The notes: a model not told the origin generated them from the sequence alone. A DNA stretch of 58,212 nucleotides from an uncultured Thiotrichales bacterium (GCA_964424815.1 CAYRKI010000009.1:1-58212), one strand, 5' to 3'; counted from the stretch's first letter, positions 8,069 to 18,039 are shown. Program-made: numbers and translations.

Positions 8069-10417
8069 CTAGAAGTTCCATTTAATTATTTTTCCTCCTG
8101 TATAAATCTTGACATATGGACGATTGCATTGAAAACGCCACAATTCTTGATAAAATATCGTTTCATCCCATTTTAAAAAAATACCGAAGAGAGCCGGTGG
8201 TATATGCAGACGTTGCAGCGCAGGCATGCTTAAGAAAACATCAAAGTTCACATCGGGGGTATATCTGCAAGAATGAATACAAATTTCTTGGAGGTGAGGC
8301 AATCCAGCAAGCGGCGCAAGTCCATTGAAATTTGATTTATCTTGATAGGGGATACCTGATTCTAAATGCAATCGCTTGAGTGAACTTAAGCGGGCAACAT
8401 CATTGATGAATTTTTCAAAAACAATCAAATATTGCCCAGAATCTGTAACATCGACGCTCAAGTGCTCAACTTTTTCACAGTGTCGCAGCGCGCTAAAATC
8501 AAAACAGCTTAAGTAACACATGCTGAGGTCTAAAGACTTCAATGCCGGAAATTCACCAAATGCTAAACGTGCCTCAAAGGCCCAGTCATCGATTTTGAGT
8601 GTTAGCCCTGTTAAGGAAGAAGATCGAGGCAGTTCAAAGATCATAGGGGCTTCATTGCCTGCCAGCGATTTTACTGTCGTAAATTGAGATTCTGAAAGCT
8701 TGCAGTCTGTAAATAATTCTTGAAGCGTGGGAATATTAAGCGCCTCCCACACAGTCTCCAATGTCAACTTATTACCCCGAAGATCGAGGCTGGTTAACGA
8801 CGTCGAAAATCGCATATTAGCCACCGCGCAATGAAGGTCCTCAAATCGAGATAAATAATCACTACGGTTTGAATTAATAAAACTTTGAATCATGTAAGAT
8901 AAATTAAGCCTCTTGAGATGAGGCGTTTCAGCTAGCGATACGAGACTATTGGTGTTGACTAACTCGCATTTAGCCAGACTGAGGTGCTCAAGAGACTCCA
9001 TCATGGCCAATGGACTAACATCCAAAGTAAAATAAGGTGCCCCATTCTCACGCTGATCTTTTTGAAGCCTCACAGCGTCAAGAATCAAGACCCTCAAATT
9101 TTTTGCCTCCAAAAGCCTCTCAAAAATATTCGGTTGCAAGCATGCATCAGATAAATCCAAATGAGAAATAAAGTTAATGTAAGGCCAAAATGAATCATTT
9201 GTAAAATCAGAGTTAATATGTGCCATTTTCACGGCAACTTTTAGTCCTTTTTTCTTTGCTGCTTGAAAATAACTCAACATTAAATCATATGAATTTTTTC
9301 TGTCTCTCCAATCATAATACACACAATTACTTTTGGGTTCAGGCCCTAGAATTACGTCGTTAAAATTTTGCTCAAAAAAACGATAATAGCCAGCTCGAAG
9401 CGGCAGGAGTATATCTGAAAACCCCTTGTTAGCGCACATCAAGGCTTCCAGATCCCTAGCATTTAAGAACTCTCCGATGGAATAAATCAGATCTAGAGGT
9501 AAATCTTGGAGGGGAAAGAGACTTAATGAGGATCCTGCACGTCCCACCACATCTACCTCTGGGCGCGCCTTTTTAAAAGCATGGGCTAACTGAATGGACA
9601 CAGGACTCCTAAAAACTGAAAGGTATCGAAGCCCTTTAGCCGTTTTCAACGCGTTGATTTGGGTAATATTGGGGCAATTTTGAAGGGTCAGGCTTTCAAG
9701 GTTCAACAGCTCTGTAAAACGAATCAATCCTTTATTTGACAAGTCGCAACTGAATAATTCGATTCGACGAAGGGGAGACCCAACCCAAGAAGGACCAAAG
9801 AAACCCCTTCCAATATCTTGGTCTTTTAATTGCGCCTTATCCAGACTTAAGTCTTGCAAGTAAGGCATCTGCATCAGCAGATCGAAGTCTTCCGTATTAA
9901 TTTTTTTAAAGTAATTTTGAATTTTGTCAATAATATTAGATTCGTAATGAATAGATTCACCGCACTCCAAAACAAGTTCCTTTATTGAACCCTGAAATTG
10001 GCCAAGGATTGCAAATTTATCTTTATCTGGCCCCATAAACCAGAGCTTAACTTTTGCGTCTGCAGCACTTGCCCTGCGCAAGTAGCACTCAACACCTCGC
10101 CTAGCAAGGCTCTCCCTACAAAAAGCTCTGCCTGGCTTTCTATCAAGATCTGCTATCAACAAATTTTCTGCTCTTACCCGCACCATGGCCTTCGCCCAAT
10201 CGCGATTACTCAACAGCGTAAGCCTAACTCTCTCAGCGGATAAAGTGCTCGGAGTTTCATTTTCATAGAAGGTGTAACGACAGATGTTTTGCTTCACCTC
10301 ATCAGGAAAATCTGGAATTTCTTGGGGAGAGGCCAAAAGGCGGGAAAAGGAGACGATCAGCAGCAAAAACACACGAGTCTTTATTAATGCAATAAACCTC
10401 AAAATGAACAGCCCCAA
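8069..10417 (-). CDS. secreted or anchored leucine-rich-repeat protein with internal F-box-like motif (eukaryote-like, RNI/FBXL-type LRR)
   Basis: 782-aa ORF. N-terminal hydrophobic segment VFLLLIVSFSRLLASPQE. LRR units LESLTLQNCPNITQINALKTAKGLRYLSV, LEHLSLAKCELVN, LKRLNLSY, LTSLDLRGNKL, LKSLDLSMCYL, LKRLHLES. Mid-protein LPLDLIYSIGEFLNARDLEALMCANKGFSDILLPL matches F-box logic (LPxxLxxxIxxxLxxxDLxxLxxxxKxF). Visibly more AT-rich than the flanking genes. Confidence 0.8.
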   Translation of the reverse strand: MGLFILRFIALIKTRVFLLLIVSFSRLLASPQEIPDFPDEVKQNICRYTFYENETPSTLSAERVRLTLLSNRDWAKAMVRVRAENLLIADLDRKPGRAFCRESLARRGVECYLRRASAADAKVKLWFMGPDKDKFAILGQFQGSIKELVLECGESIHYESNIIDKIQNYFKKINTEDFDLLMQMPYLQDLSLDKAQLKDQDIGRGFFGPSWVGSPLRRIELFSCDLSNKGLIRFTELLNLESLTLQNCPNITQINALKTAKGLRYLSVFRSPVSIQLAHAFKKARPEVDVVGRAGSSLSLFPLQDLPLDLIYSIGEFLNARDLEALMCANKGFSDILLPLRAGYYRFFEQNFNDVILGPEPKSNCVYYDWRDRKNSYDLMLSYFQAAKKKGLKVAVKMAHINSDFTNDSFWPYINFISHLDLSDACLQPNIFERLLEAKNLRVLILDAVRLQKDQRENGAPYFTLDVSPLAMMESLEHLSLAKCELVNTNSLVSLAETPHLKRLNLSYMIQSFINSNRSDYLSRFEDLHCAVANMRFSTSLTSLDLRGNKLTLETVWEALNIPTLQELFTDCKLSESQFTTVKSLAGNEAPMIFELPRSSSLTGLTLKIDDWAFEARLAFGEFPALKSLDLSMCYLSCFDFSALRHCEKVEHLSVDVTDSGQYLIVFEKFINDVARLSSLKRLHLESGIPYQDKSNFNGLAPLAGLPHLQEICIHSCRYTPDVNFDVFLSMPALQRLHIPPALFGIFLKWDETIFYQELWRFQCNRPYVKIYTGGKIIKWNF

Positions 10418-10515
10418 ATTGCAAACTTCTAAAGCTTCACATTAAATAGGTAGGGTTATCAAGAATAACAAGAAGTAAATGCTTAATTGGTTAAGAGATG
10501 GCAAGATATACAAAG

Positions 10516-10546
10516 CAAAACAGCCGGGCAAGCCCGGCTGTTTTTT
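10516..10546 (-). terminator. rho-independent terminator downstream of pal
   Basis: Perfect hairpin CAGCCGGGC-AAG-CCCGGCTG (10521-10540), flanked by A-run/T-run on both sides. On the minus strand it is followed by TTTTGCTTTG. Confidence 0.6.
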
Positions 10547-10568
10547 AACTGATGTGTATCGCTGATAT

Positions 10569-11063
10569 TTAGCGGATAACAACAACAGCGCGACGGTTTT
10601 GAGCCCAAGAAGCTTCGTCATGACCGGCAGCAACTGGACGCTCTTTACCGAAAGATACTGTGTCAACGCGCTTTGCATCAACACCCTTACCTGTCAGAGC
10701 CTTCTTCACGTTGTTCGCACGACGTGCACCAAGTGCCAAGTTGTACTCAACGGTGCCGCGCTCGTCGCAGTGACCTTCAACAACAACGTTTACGGATGGC
10801 CACTTAGCCAGCCATGCAGCTTGACCGTCAACAGTCTTCTTGCCTTCTTCGTTCAGGTCGGAACGGTCGAATGCAAAGTGAACGGTGTCGCCAACGTTCT
10901 TGCGGAAGTCATCAGCGGAACCAGGAACTGGACCTGCACCTGCTGCATTTGGATTTGGCCAATTATCAAAACCTGTGCCCTTGGTCTCTGCCTTGTCTGG
11001 ACCATTCTCGCAAGCGGCCAAGAACAGACCGGCAAGAGCCACGCTGAGCAGTTGATAACGCAT
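10569..11063 (-). CDS. pal: peptidoglycan-associated lipoprotein Pal (OmpA family)
   Basis: Lipobox LFLAAC. OmpA-like domain VVVEGHCDERGTVEYNLALGARRANNV. Last gene of the tol string. Confidence 0.9.
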   Translation of the reverse strand: MRYQLLSVALAGLFLAACENGPDKAETKGTGFDNWPNPNAAGAGPVPGSADDFRKNVGDTVHFAFDRSDLNEEGKKTVDGQAAWLAKWPSVNVVVEGHCDERGTVEYNLALGARRANNVKKALTGKGVDAKRVDTVSFGKERPVAAGHDEASWAQNRRAVVVIR

Positions 11064-11163
11064 GGATTTTCCCCTTATTTCCTATTAACACAAACGCTTA
11101 GGGCCAACCACAGCCCTAAGTCATCAATTAGCCCTAACTCGCGAAAATGATATATCAAAAATT

Positions 11164-12492
11164 TTAGGGAAGCAAGGGGGACCAGCTACCCGATTCTGCA
11201 TCAGTGGGCGTATCGAGTACCCGCTCGTTATGTCCGGTAAGATCAATGGTATGCAGGCGCTTTACGCCGTTACCTTCTTGGCGCGAAAACAAAATCACAC
11301 GACCGTTGGGCGACCATGAAGGCATGTCGATAACGCCACCAGTAGTTAACAGGCGCTCGCCGCTGCCATCTTCACGCATTACCCCTAAGTAGAAACCGCC
11401 TTGGTGCTGTTTCACAAAAGCGATCATATCGCCGCGAGGGGACCAGGAACACATCAGATAATTGCCACCACCAAAGCTAATACGCTCGGCACTACCACCA
11501 CTCGCGCTCATGACATAAAGCTGCGGCTTACTGCCACGATCAGAAACGAATATGATTTTCGACCCGTCATGGGAGACGCTGGGTGATGAGTCGATGTGGG
11601 GTCCTTGAGAAAGGCGTGTCTGCTGACGGCTGGCGAGATCAATGGCGTAAAGCGAGGTAATGCCATCGCCGTACTCAGCGCTGAAAATGATGCGCCTGCC
11701 ATCAGGCGTAAAGCGTGCGGATGAAACCTGTCCTGCCATTTGGCCCAGCATCACTTTTTGGCCCGAATTAAGGTCCATTAAATGCATTTTGAATTTGCGC
11801 CCAGCACCACTACCGGCTTGCTCAAGATAAATCAAGCGCTGCGCATCGGGAGAAAAACAGGGTGTCTGTACGAAGTTCTGTCCCGCAGTTAGATAGCGAT
11901 GATTCGCGCCATCCCGATCCATAATAGCGATACGCTTAATGGGCTTTACTTGGGTTCCGGTCTGGGAAACATAGGCTAACCGAGTGTCAAAATACCCTTC
12001 TTCACCGGTCAAACGCTTATAAATCGCATCGGCAATTTTGTGGGCGGCACGGCGCAAATCTTGGGTGGATACAGTAAATGCCAAGCCTTCGACTTGTTGT
12101 TCATTCAAGACGTCATAGAGGCGAAATTCAATACGATACTGGCCACTCCCCATAGCAGAGACATCACCTTTTACCAGCGCTTGAGCATTAATGACACGCC
12201 AATCACCAAAACGGGGGCCTTGGCGAAGGGACGCCATATCTTGAATAAAAGACCGTGGATCTAATGGCTTAAAAAGGCCTGAGCTTTCAAGGTCTGCTGC
12301 CACCACCATGGAAATTTGCCGACCGATATCAGCTGTTGCACCCGCATCACCGCTGAGGTCGGTGATGGCGATAGGTATAGGTTGAAACGTTCCCTGGGTA
12401 ATCTCCACCTCAAGCGCCGCTTTCGCCGTGGATGCTACCACGAATACAAGGATCACCAGTCTTATGATCAGAGTCATTGCAAGGCGCAGCAT
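11164..12492 (-). CDS. tolB: Tol-Pal system beta-propeller protein TolB
   Basis: Signal peptide plus repeated propeller motifs FSPDAQRLIYL, FTPDGRRIIFS, VSHDGSKIIFVSDR, WSPRGDMIAFV and WSPNGRVILFS. Lies between tolA and pal. Confidence 0.9.
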   Translation of the reverse strand: MLRLAMTLIIRLVILVFVVASTAKAALEVEITQGTFQPIPIAITDLSGDAGATADIGRQISMVVAADLESSGLFKPLDPRSFIQDMASLRQGPRFGDWRVINAQALVKGDVSAMGSGQYRIEFRLYDVLNEQQVEGLAFTVSTQDLRRAAHKIADAIYKRLTGEEGYFDTRLAYVSQTGTQVKPIKRIAIMDRDGANHRYLTAGQNFVQTPCFSPDAQRLIYLEQAGSGAGRKFKMHLMDLNSGQKVMLGQMAGQVSSARFTPDGRRIIFSAEYGDGITSLYAIDLASRQQTRLSQGPHIDSSPSVSHDGSKIIFVSDRGSKPQLYVMSASGGSAERISFGGGNYLMCSWSPRGDMIAFVKQHQGGFYLGVMREDGSGERLLTTGGVIDMPSWSPNGRVILFSRQEGNGVKRLHTIDLTGHNERVLDTPTDAESGSWSPLLP

Positions 12493-12501
12493 GGGAACTC
12501 C

Positions 12502-13365
12502 TTAAAAGTCTTTAGGGTTAAAGTGAATTTCTATTTTTTTCCAATCATTATACCGCTCTGCAGGAAGCTTCAGAGGCATGCAGCGGGGATCTTTAACCGC
12601 GCGCAGGGCACTTTCAGCAGCAACCCGGAACATAGGATCACGGGCTGCGCGTCCGCTGTCAAGCACGCGGGAACTCACTAATGAGCCATCAAGATTCAGC
12701 TGGATTTCAACCCGCACATCAAGGCTTGAGGCATTTTTCACCGCAGCAGGCACGTTCCAGCATTTCATGACCTGAGCGCGCACAAAGCCGCTGAGGTCAG
12801 CTGTGGGTTCATCGCCAACATCACCAGCCTGATTAGACGCAGCTTTATCTTTAGACTTTTCATCTGTAACGTCGTCGTTCTGCTCAGGCTCACTATCAGC
12901 CAGGTTTTTCAGAACCGAATCAAAAGATTTTGATTTCTTTGGCTTTTTCTTCTTCTCTGGCTCTTTTTTTGGCTCCGGCTGTTTTTTGGGCTCGTCTTTA
13001 GGTTTTTCCTTGGGTTTTTCTTCCTTCGGCTTGGGCAGCACCTCTTCTGGCTTTTGCTCAACCGGCTTTTCTTCAGGTTTGACGGACTCTTTAGACTTGT
13101 CCTCCACCTTTTTCTCAGGCTCAGGTTCACTGGGTGTGGGCAGCGGCTTTTTTTCCTCAGGTTTGGGCTGCTCTTTAGGTTCTTCGGTTGGCTTAGGATT
13201 AGGCACCGGCTTAGGTGAGCGGGTACGATCGGAGAGCGTTACCACCTCCACAGGAACGGGACCAATAAGTTCGGGATCACGCTTTGGCAAGCTGGGCAAG
13301 CCAATGAGCGCAATTAAGAACACAATAAAGTGCAGGATCGCAGAAAAAAGCGCCGCACGACGCAT
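12502..13365 (-). CDS. tolA: cell-envelope integrity protein TolA (Pro/Lys/Glu-rich linker)
   Basis: N-terminal TM (ALFSAILHFIVFLIALIGL), a long KPEEK/PKPE low-complexity linker and a small C-terminal globular domain. Position between tolR and tolB. Confidence 0.75.
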   Translation of the reverse strand: MRRAALFSAILHFIVFLIALIGLPSLPKRDPELIGPVPVEVVTLSDRTRSPKPVPNPKPTEEPKEQPKPEEKKPLPTPSEPEPEKKVEDKSKESVKPEEKPVEQKPEEVLPKPKEEKPKEKPKDEPKKQPEPKKEPEKKKKPKKSKSFDSVLKNLADSEPEQNDDVTDEKSKDKAASNQAGDVGDEPTADLSGFVRAQVMKCWNVPAAVKNASSLDVRVEIQLNLDGSLVSSRVLDSGRAARDPMFRVAAESALRAVKDPRCMPLKLPAERYNDWKKIEIHFNPKDF

Positions 13366-13379
13366 TGACTTCGTCCTTT

Positions 13380-13865
13380 CTATCGCCCTTTTACTGGCCG
13401 AGTAACAGGCTGAGAACCTGTTGGTTGCGCCGATGGTGTTGGCAGCTCTGCCAAAAGCGCCACCTTGTTAAAGCCAGCAGCACTGAGGGTCCCCATGACT
13501 TCCATAACCTTACCGTAAGCAATAGCCTGATCACCGCGCACAAAAATACGTGTATCAGGTTTAGCCGCAGTTATCGCCTGCAAGCGCGGCACCAAAGCCT
13601 CTAAGGGCACAGGAGTCTCCTGCAGATAAATCTCTCCCTTCGCGGTCACGCTAATGGTAAGGGGCTCAGTTTGCTCGTTAATCGCACTGGCATTCGCCTT
13701 GGGAAGATCCACTGGCACGCCCACCGTCATCATCGGCGCTGTGACCATGAAAATCACCAGAAGCACCAACATCACGTCTACAAGCGGAGTGACGTTGATC
13801 TCACTCATCACCGGGCGCGAAAAACGCCCGCCCCGGTTGTTACGTTTTTGGATGCCGCCCGCCAT
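13380..13865 (-). CDS. tolR: biopolymer transport protein TolR (ExbD/TolR family)
   Basis: SEINVTPLVDVMLVLLVIFMV motif. Adjacent to tolQ with a 2-nt gap. Confidence 0.85.
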   Translation of the reverse strand: MAGGIQKRNNRGGRFSRPVMSEINVTPLVDVMLVLLVIFMVTAPMMTVGVPVDLPKANASAINEQTEPLTISVTAKGEIYLQETPVPLEALVPRLQAITAAKPDTRIFVRGDQAIAYGKVMEVMGTLSAAGFNKVALLAELPTPSAQPTGSQPVTRPVKGR

Positions 13866-13867
13866 GA

Positions 13868-14659
13868 CTATTCAGCCTCTTCCAATTGGCGCGAGATGAT
13901 TGCCATGAATTCATGGGCAAAGGTCTCTAGACGGCTGCCGTAACGGCCAAAATCCGAGGAAATTTTGTTGTAAGCCAAAACTGCTGGAATCGCCGCCACC
14001 AGACCAATAGCGGTTGCGAACAATGCTTCAGCAATACCAGGCGCCACGACAGCAAGGTTGGTACTTTGTTGCGCAGCAATACCTTGGAATGAGTTCATAA
14101 TGCCCCACACAGTACCAAACAACCCCACGAATGGCGCTGTAGACCCCACCGAGGCCAAGAAACCCATGTGCCGCTCCAACTGCTCCATCTCACGGTTCAG
14201 GGTCAGTTGCATCACACGCTCGATGCGTTGCTGCAATGTGCTGCCCAACTCTCGGGTCACCGCACGACCCTTGGAGGCCGAGCGTCGCCATTCGCGCATG
14301 GCAGCAGCAAAGACCGCTGTCATAGGATCCTTGGGCCGGGATCCTACCCGCTCAAACAGGGTATCCAACGATCCACCTGACCAGAAAGCTTCTTCAAACC
14401 GCTCGGCGGCTGCTTGTAGCATACGCAACCGCGCCACCTTCGCGAAGATAATGGTCCACGACCAAAACGATGCTGCGACAAGTGCCAGCATCACCATTTG
14501 CACAACAATGTCGGCGTTCAAAATCAGATCAATCATCGACAAGCCCTTGGCCTGCACAGAATGGCCCACGGCTGTCGCATCGATGGCCTGGGTTGCCGTT
14601 GGTACAACAGGGGCAAGCTCTGCTGGAGTTGTTGGTGCGGGTGTTGTCAAAGCCGTCAT
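13868..14659 (-). CDS. tolQ: Tol-Pal proton channel TolQ (MotA/TolQ/ExbB family)
   Basis: STAPFVGLFGTVWGIMNSF and LAVVAPGIAEALFATAIGL. The N-terminal ~40 aa (Thr/Pro/Ala-rich) may be an extension. An alternative ATG sits at 14536. Confidence 0.85.
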   Translation of the reverse strand: MTALTTPAPTTPAELAPVVPTATQAIDATAVGHSVQAKGLSMIDLILNADIVVQMVMLALVAASFWSWTIIFAKVARLRMLQAAAERFEEAFWSGGSLDTLFERVGSRPKDPMTAVFAAAMREWRRSASKGRAVTRELGSTLQQRIERVMQLTLNREMEQLERHMGFLASVGSTAPFVGLFGTVWGIMNSFQGIAAQQSTNLAVVAPGIAEALFATAIGLVAAIPAVLAYNKISSDFGRYGSRLETFAHEFMAIISRQLEEAE

Positions 14660-14676
14660 CGTGCTGTCCTTTAGTG

Positions 14677-15114
14677 TTAACTCTGATCCATCAATTGCCA
14701 GGCCTTAAAGGCACTGGCTGAAGCTGCAGAAAGGCGAACCGGAGTTCCCTCTTTGTTAATGCAGGCAACCGTTACCTCAAGCTCTGCAACCAGCGCATCA
14801 CTTCGGGCGACCTGCTGGTGAAAGATAATGCGGGCCGGGGTAAGCTTCTTGATGTGTGATGTCACTTTAAGCTCATCTCCCACAAAAGCCGGCGCGCGAT
14901 ATTTGACATTCAGTTCGCTCACCACGTAAAAGCGACCCGTCGCATGTTCATCTCTATGGGAAATTCCCAATTCTTGCAACAGGTCGGTGCGTGCCCGCTC
15001 GGCAAAGCGCAAATAATTGGCATGATACATATGGCCACCAGCATCGGTATCCTCAAGGTAGACGCGAAAAGCCCTCACATAAGGATTAGGCGGCAGCTTC
15101 ATCGCTCTCCTCAC
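14677..15114 (-). CDS. ybgC: tol-pal-associated acyl-CoA thioesterase (4HBT/YbgC family)
   Basis: [25 protein letters not shown] hot-dog thioesterase motif. Position immediately upstream of tolQ. Confidence 0.8.
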   Translation of the reverse strand: MRRAMKLPPNPYVRAFRVYLEDTDAGGHMYHANYLRFAERARTDLLQELGISHRDEHATGRFYVVSELNVKYRAPAFVGDELKVTSHIKKLTPARIIFHQQVARSDALVAELEVTVACINKEGTPVRLSAASASAFKAWQLMDQS

Positions 15115-16138
15115 CCGCCAAAAGCGTCAACTGCGCCGCACGCTGGGGCGCTTGCAATCCAAGATAAGCATAAGCCTGAGCTGTCAGCATACGACCTCTT
15201 GGTGAGCGCTGCAGATAACCTTGCTGAATGAGATAGGGTTCGACCACCTCTTCAAGGGTGTCGCGCTGCTCAAAAAGAGCTGCCGCAAGGGTTTCCGCCC
15301 CTACCGGGCCTCCTTGATAAGCATGGGCAATTTGTTCTAAATAACGGCGATCCATGGCATCTAGGCCGGCGCTATCAACACCCATACGATTCAAAGCATG
15401 ATCTGCCAAGGTGAAATCCACGCAATCCAGACCTGCGACTTGCGCAAAATCACGAATGCGGCGCAATAGGCGGCCCGCAATACGCGGCGTTCCCCGTGAG
15501 CGCTTGGCGACTTCGCGCAAAGCCTCGGGCTCTAGCGATAAGTTCATCAATCCGGCAGCACGGGCGACAATGCGCTCAAGCTCCTGGGTGGTGTAGAAGT
15601 TCAAACGCAGTGGAATACCAAAGCGATCCCGCAGTGGAGAAGTGAGCAAACCTGTGCGTGTTGTTGCAGCCACTAGCGTAAAGGGGGGCAAATCAATGCG
15701 GATCGAGCGTGCTGCTGGTCCCTCGCCAATGATAAGATCAAGTTTATAATCTTCCATAGCAGGATAGAGCACTTCCTCAATGGTTGAACTGAGGCGATGA
15801 ATCTCATCAATAAACAGCACATCCCGAGGCTGTAGATTGGTTAAAATCGCGGCCAGATCACCTGCTTTGGTGATCATCGGTCCTGAAGTGGCGCGAAATC
15901 CCACACCCAGTTCGCTTGCAATGATTTGAGCGAGCGTGGTCTTACCAAGGCCCGGGGGGCCAAAAAATAACACATGATCCATGGCATCCTGGCGTCCTTT
16001 AGCGGCTTCAAGGAACACTTTGAGATTGGCGCGCACATCTTCTTGCCCTACGAAGTCACCTAAAGACTGAGGGCGTAAGCTATGCTCGTTGATTCCATCT
16101 TGCTCTTGGGCTTCAAAGCCCACCAGGCGTTCGTCCAT
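15086..16138 (-). CDS. ruvB: Holliday junction branch migration helicase RuvB
   Basis: Walker [20 protein letters not shown], and a winged-helix C-terminus. Confidence 0.95.
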   Translation of the reverse strand: MDERLVGFEAQEQDGINEHSLRPQSLGDFVGQEDVRANLKVFLEAAKGRQDAMDHVLFFGPPGLGKTTLAQIIASELGVGFRATSGPMITKAGDLAAILTNLQPRDVLFIDEIHRLSSTIEEVLYPAMEDYKLDLIIGEGPAARSIRIDLPPFTLVAATTRTGLLTSPLRDRFGIPLRLNFYTTQELERIVARAAGLMNLSLEPEALREVAKRSRGTPRIAGRLLRRIRDFAQVAGLDCVDFTLADHALNRMGVDSAGLDAMDRRYLEQIAHAYQGGPVGAETLAAALFEQRDTLEEVVEPYLIQQGYLQRSPRGRMLTAQAYAYLGLQAPQRAAQLTLLAGEESDEAAA

Positions 16139-16146
16139 AAATCATC

Positions 16147-16776
16147 CTAAGCCCGACCCAGCTGTGCCAGGCAGTTTTTGATTAATGTTTCAACATTATC
16201 ATTTTCTGGATCGTTTTGCAGCGCTTTAGATAAAGCTTGCTCGGCCTCAAAAGCGCGATAGCCTAAATGCTGCAGAGCCGAAAGCACATCCTGATGAGCA
16301 TTATTGTGACTCTTCAAAGCTATCTCGGGGCCCAACATCGCCGCTTGAGGTCGAGGTGTACCTGGGACCACAAGAGAGGCAACCTTATCTTTGAGCTCAT
16401 GGGCAATACGTGCCGCCAATTTTGGCCCCACCCCATCAGCCCGCGCAAGATAAGCCTTATCACCTGCAGCAATCGCTTGCATCAATACCTCAGGCGCGCC
16501 AATTGAAAGTAGCGCCAGCGCTACTTTCATGCCTACGCCTTGTACCGAAAGTAGGGTTCGAAACGCAGTGCGTTCAGCAACGTCCGCAAACCCATAAAGA
16601 TGGATGAAATCTTCACGCACCACCATTTCCGTGTGCAGCAAAGAAGCCTCACCAAGTCCAGGAAGACGACCGAGAGTATAAGCGCTGCACAAAACATGCA
16701 TACCCACACCGCCCACATCGATGACGGCGGCACCCTCTTCAACTGCCGCAAGGGTGCCTTTCACAAAGGTAATCAT
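16147..16776 (-). CDS. ruvA: Holliday junction DNA-binding protein RuvA
   Basis: The canonical N-terminus MITFVKGTL begins at the ATG at 16776-16774. This forms an ATGA overlap with the ruvC stop (plus strand 16773-16776 = TCAT). The ORF-track start at 16827 adds 17 non-homologous residues inside ruvC. Confidence 0.9.
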   Translation of the reverse strand: MITFVKGTLAAVEEGAAVIDVGGVGMHVLCSAYTLGRLPGLGEASLLHTEMVVREDFIHLYGFADVAERTAFRTLLSVQGVGMKVALALLSIGAPEVLMQAIAAGDKAYLARADGVGPKLAARIAHELKDKVASLVVPGTPRPQAAMLGPEIALKSHNNAHQDVLSALQHLGYRAFEAEQALSKALQNDPENDNVETLIKNCLAQLGRA

Positions 16777-17300
16777 GCGATGTTCTCCTGCCAGCTTTTC
16801 ATGGTTTCGCGGTGGTGACTGTGACATATGGCAATAGCGAGGGCGTCAGCTGCGTCTACCTTAACCTCCCCCAGTGTGGGCAATAAGCGCTTGACCATCA
16901 TCATGACCTGGTCTTTGTCCGCGTGCCCCACACCGACCACAGTTTTCTTCACCTTATTGGCGCCATATTCAAAAACCGGAAGACCTTTTGCAGCGGGTGC
17001 TAACATGACCACACCACGTGCCATGCCCAGGCGAAGCGTTGAGGTGGGATTCGTGTTCACGAAAGTCTCTTCCACAGCTGCCTCATCGGGCGAGTAACGC
17101 TCGAGCACTTCTGTGAGTCCTACAAACAGCTGCTGCAAGCGGATAGCTAAATCTGCTGATGTGGGAACGCTCACCACACCTGCAGCTACAGGTCGCAACG
17201 CACGCCCATCGCTTTCCACCACACCCCAACCAGTGTGGCGAAGGCCAGGATCTAGCCCTAAGATCCGGATGGCTTTTGATGGCGTTAACTTAAAATTCAA
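16773..17300 (-). CDS. ruvC: crossover junction endodeoxyribonuclease RuvC
   Basis: [16 protein letters not shown] (catalytic Asp), and [12 protein letters not shown] near the C-terminus. Confidence 0.9.
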   Translation of the reverse strand: MNFKLTPSKAIRILGLDPGLRHTGWGVVESDGRALRPVAAGVVSVPTSADLAIRLQQLFVGLTEVLERYSPDEAAVEETFVNTNPTSTLRLGMARGVVMLAPAAKGLPVFEYGANKVKKTVVGVGHADKDQVMMMVKRLLPTLGEVKVDAADALAIAICHSHHRETMKSWQENIA

Positions 17301-18039
17301 GGCTTTTCATCACCTCTTCGTCGATGTCATAGTTGGCGTAAACCGACTGTACATCATCGTTATCTTCAAGCACATCAATCAGCTTAAACAAGGTCTTTGC
17401 CGTTTCAGCGTCAACTGGAACCGTGACCTTCGCCCGCCACGCAAGCTTAGATGAAGCTGGATCACCAAACTTGGCAGAAAGCGCGTCTCGCGCCGCCATT
17501 AAATCTTCGGTTGCGCACAAAATTTCATGCAAAGTTTCACCGCTTTGCACATCATTGGCACCGGCCTCAAGGGCAGCTTCAAACACGGCATCCGCGCCGG
17601 CTACGCTCAGGGGGTACTCGATAACACCAAGGCGATCAAATTGAAAGCTAACGCTATTGCTCTCGCCCAGGTTGCCACCATGCTTGGAAAAGGCTGCGCG
17701 CACCTCAGCCGCAGTGCGATTACGGTTGTCGGTCAGCGTTTCCACAATCACGGCAACACCGCCTGGGCCATAGCCCTCATAGCGCACTTCTTCGTAGTTA
17801 GCGGTATCATCACCACCCAGACCGCGCTTGATGGCGCGCTCGATGTTATCTTTAGGCATGTTCGCTTCACGAGCAGAAGCCAACGCGCTGCGCAAACGGG
17901 GGTTTGAGTTGGCATCTGCCCCACTTTCTTTCACCGCCACCATAATTTCGCGAATAATTTTGGTAAACATTTTAGCGCGCTTGGCGTCTTGGGCGCCCTT
18001 GCGATACATAATGTTTTTAAATTGTGAATGTCCGGCCAT
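17290..18039 (-). CDS. yebC: YebC/PmpR family DNA-binding transcriptional regulator
   Basis: [27 protein letters not shown]... is the family signature. Overlaps the ruvC start by 11 nt. Confidence 0.9.
   Translation of the reverse strand: MAGHSQFKNIMYRKGAQDAKRAKMFTKIIREIMVAVKESGADANSNPRLRSALASAREANMPKDNIERAIKRGLGGDDTANYEEVRYEGYGPGGVAVIVETLTDNRNRTAAEVRAAFSKHGGNLGESNSVSFQFDRLGVIEYPLSVAGADAVFEAALEAGANDVQSGETLHEILCATEDLMAARDALSAKFGDPASSKLAWRAKVTVPVDAETAKTLFKLIDVLEDNDDVQSVYANYDIDEEVMKSLEF

Noticed and set aside
12900-13200. Repetitive DNA that could be mistaken for a tandem repeat or CRISPR-like array, with antisense ORFs 12986..13405 and 12909..13130
   Set aside because: The periodicity is the KPEEK/PKPE low-complexity linker of TolA. 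The repeats are short, imperfect, in frame and without spacers. The same explanation covers 53731..54135, which is antisense to the M23 lipoprotein linker.
14058-14708. 216-aa plus-strand ORF antisense to tolQ. Similar cases are 10599..11150 antisense to pal and 17527..17907 antisense to yebC.
   Set aside because: The opposite strand carries strongly conserved family motifs. The antisense products are compositionally biased and have no recognisable domains.
16777-16827. Upstream start for ruvA. An analogous case is 28935..28982 for hemF.
   Set aside because: The conserved N-termini (MITFVKGTL and MNQAAF...) begin at internal ATGs. Those starts give an ATGA junction with ruvC, or a 4-nt gap after trmL. 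The extensions would overlap the upstream genes.
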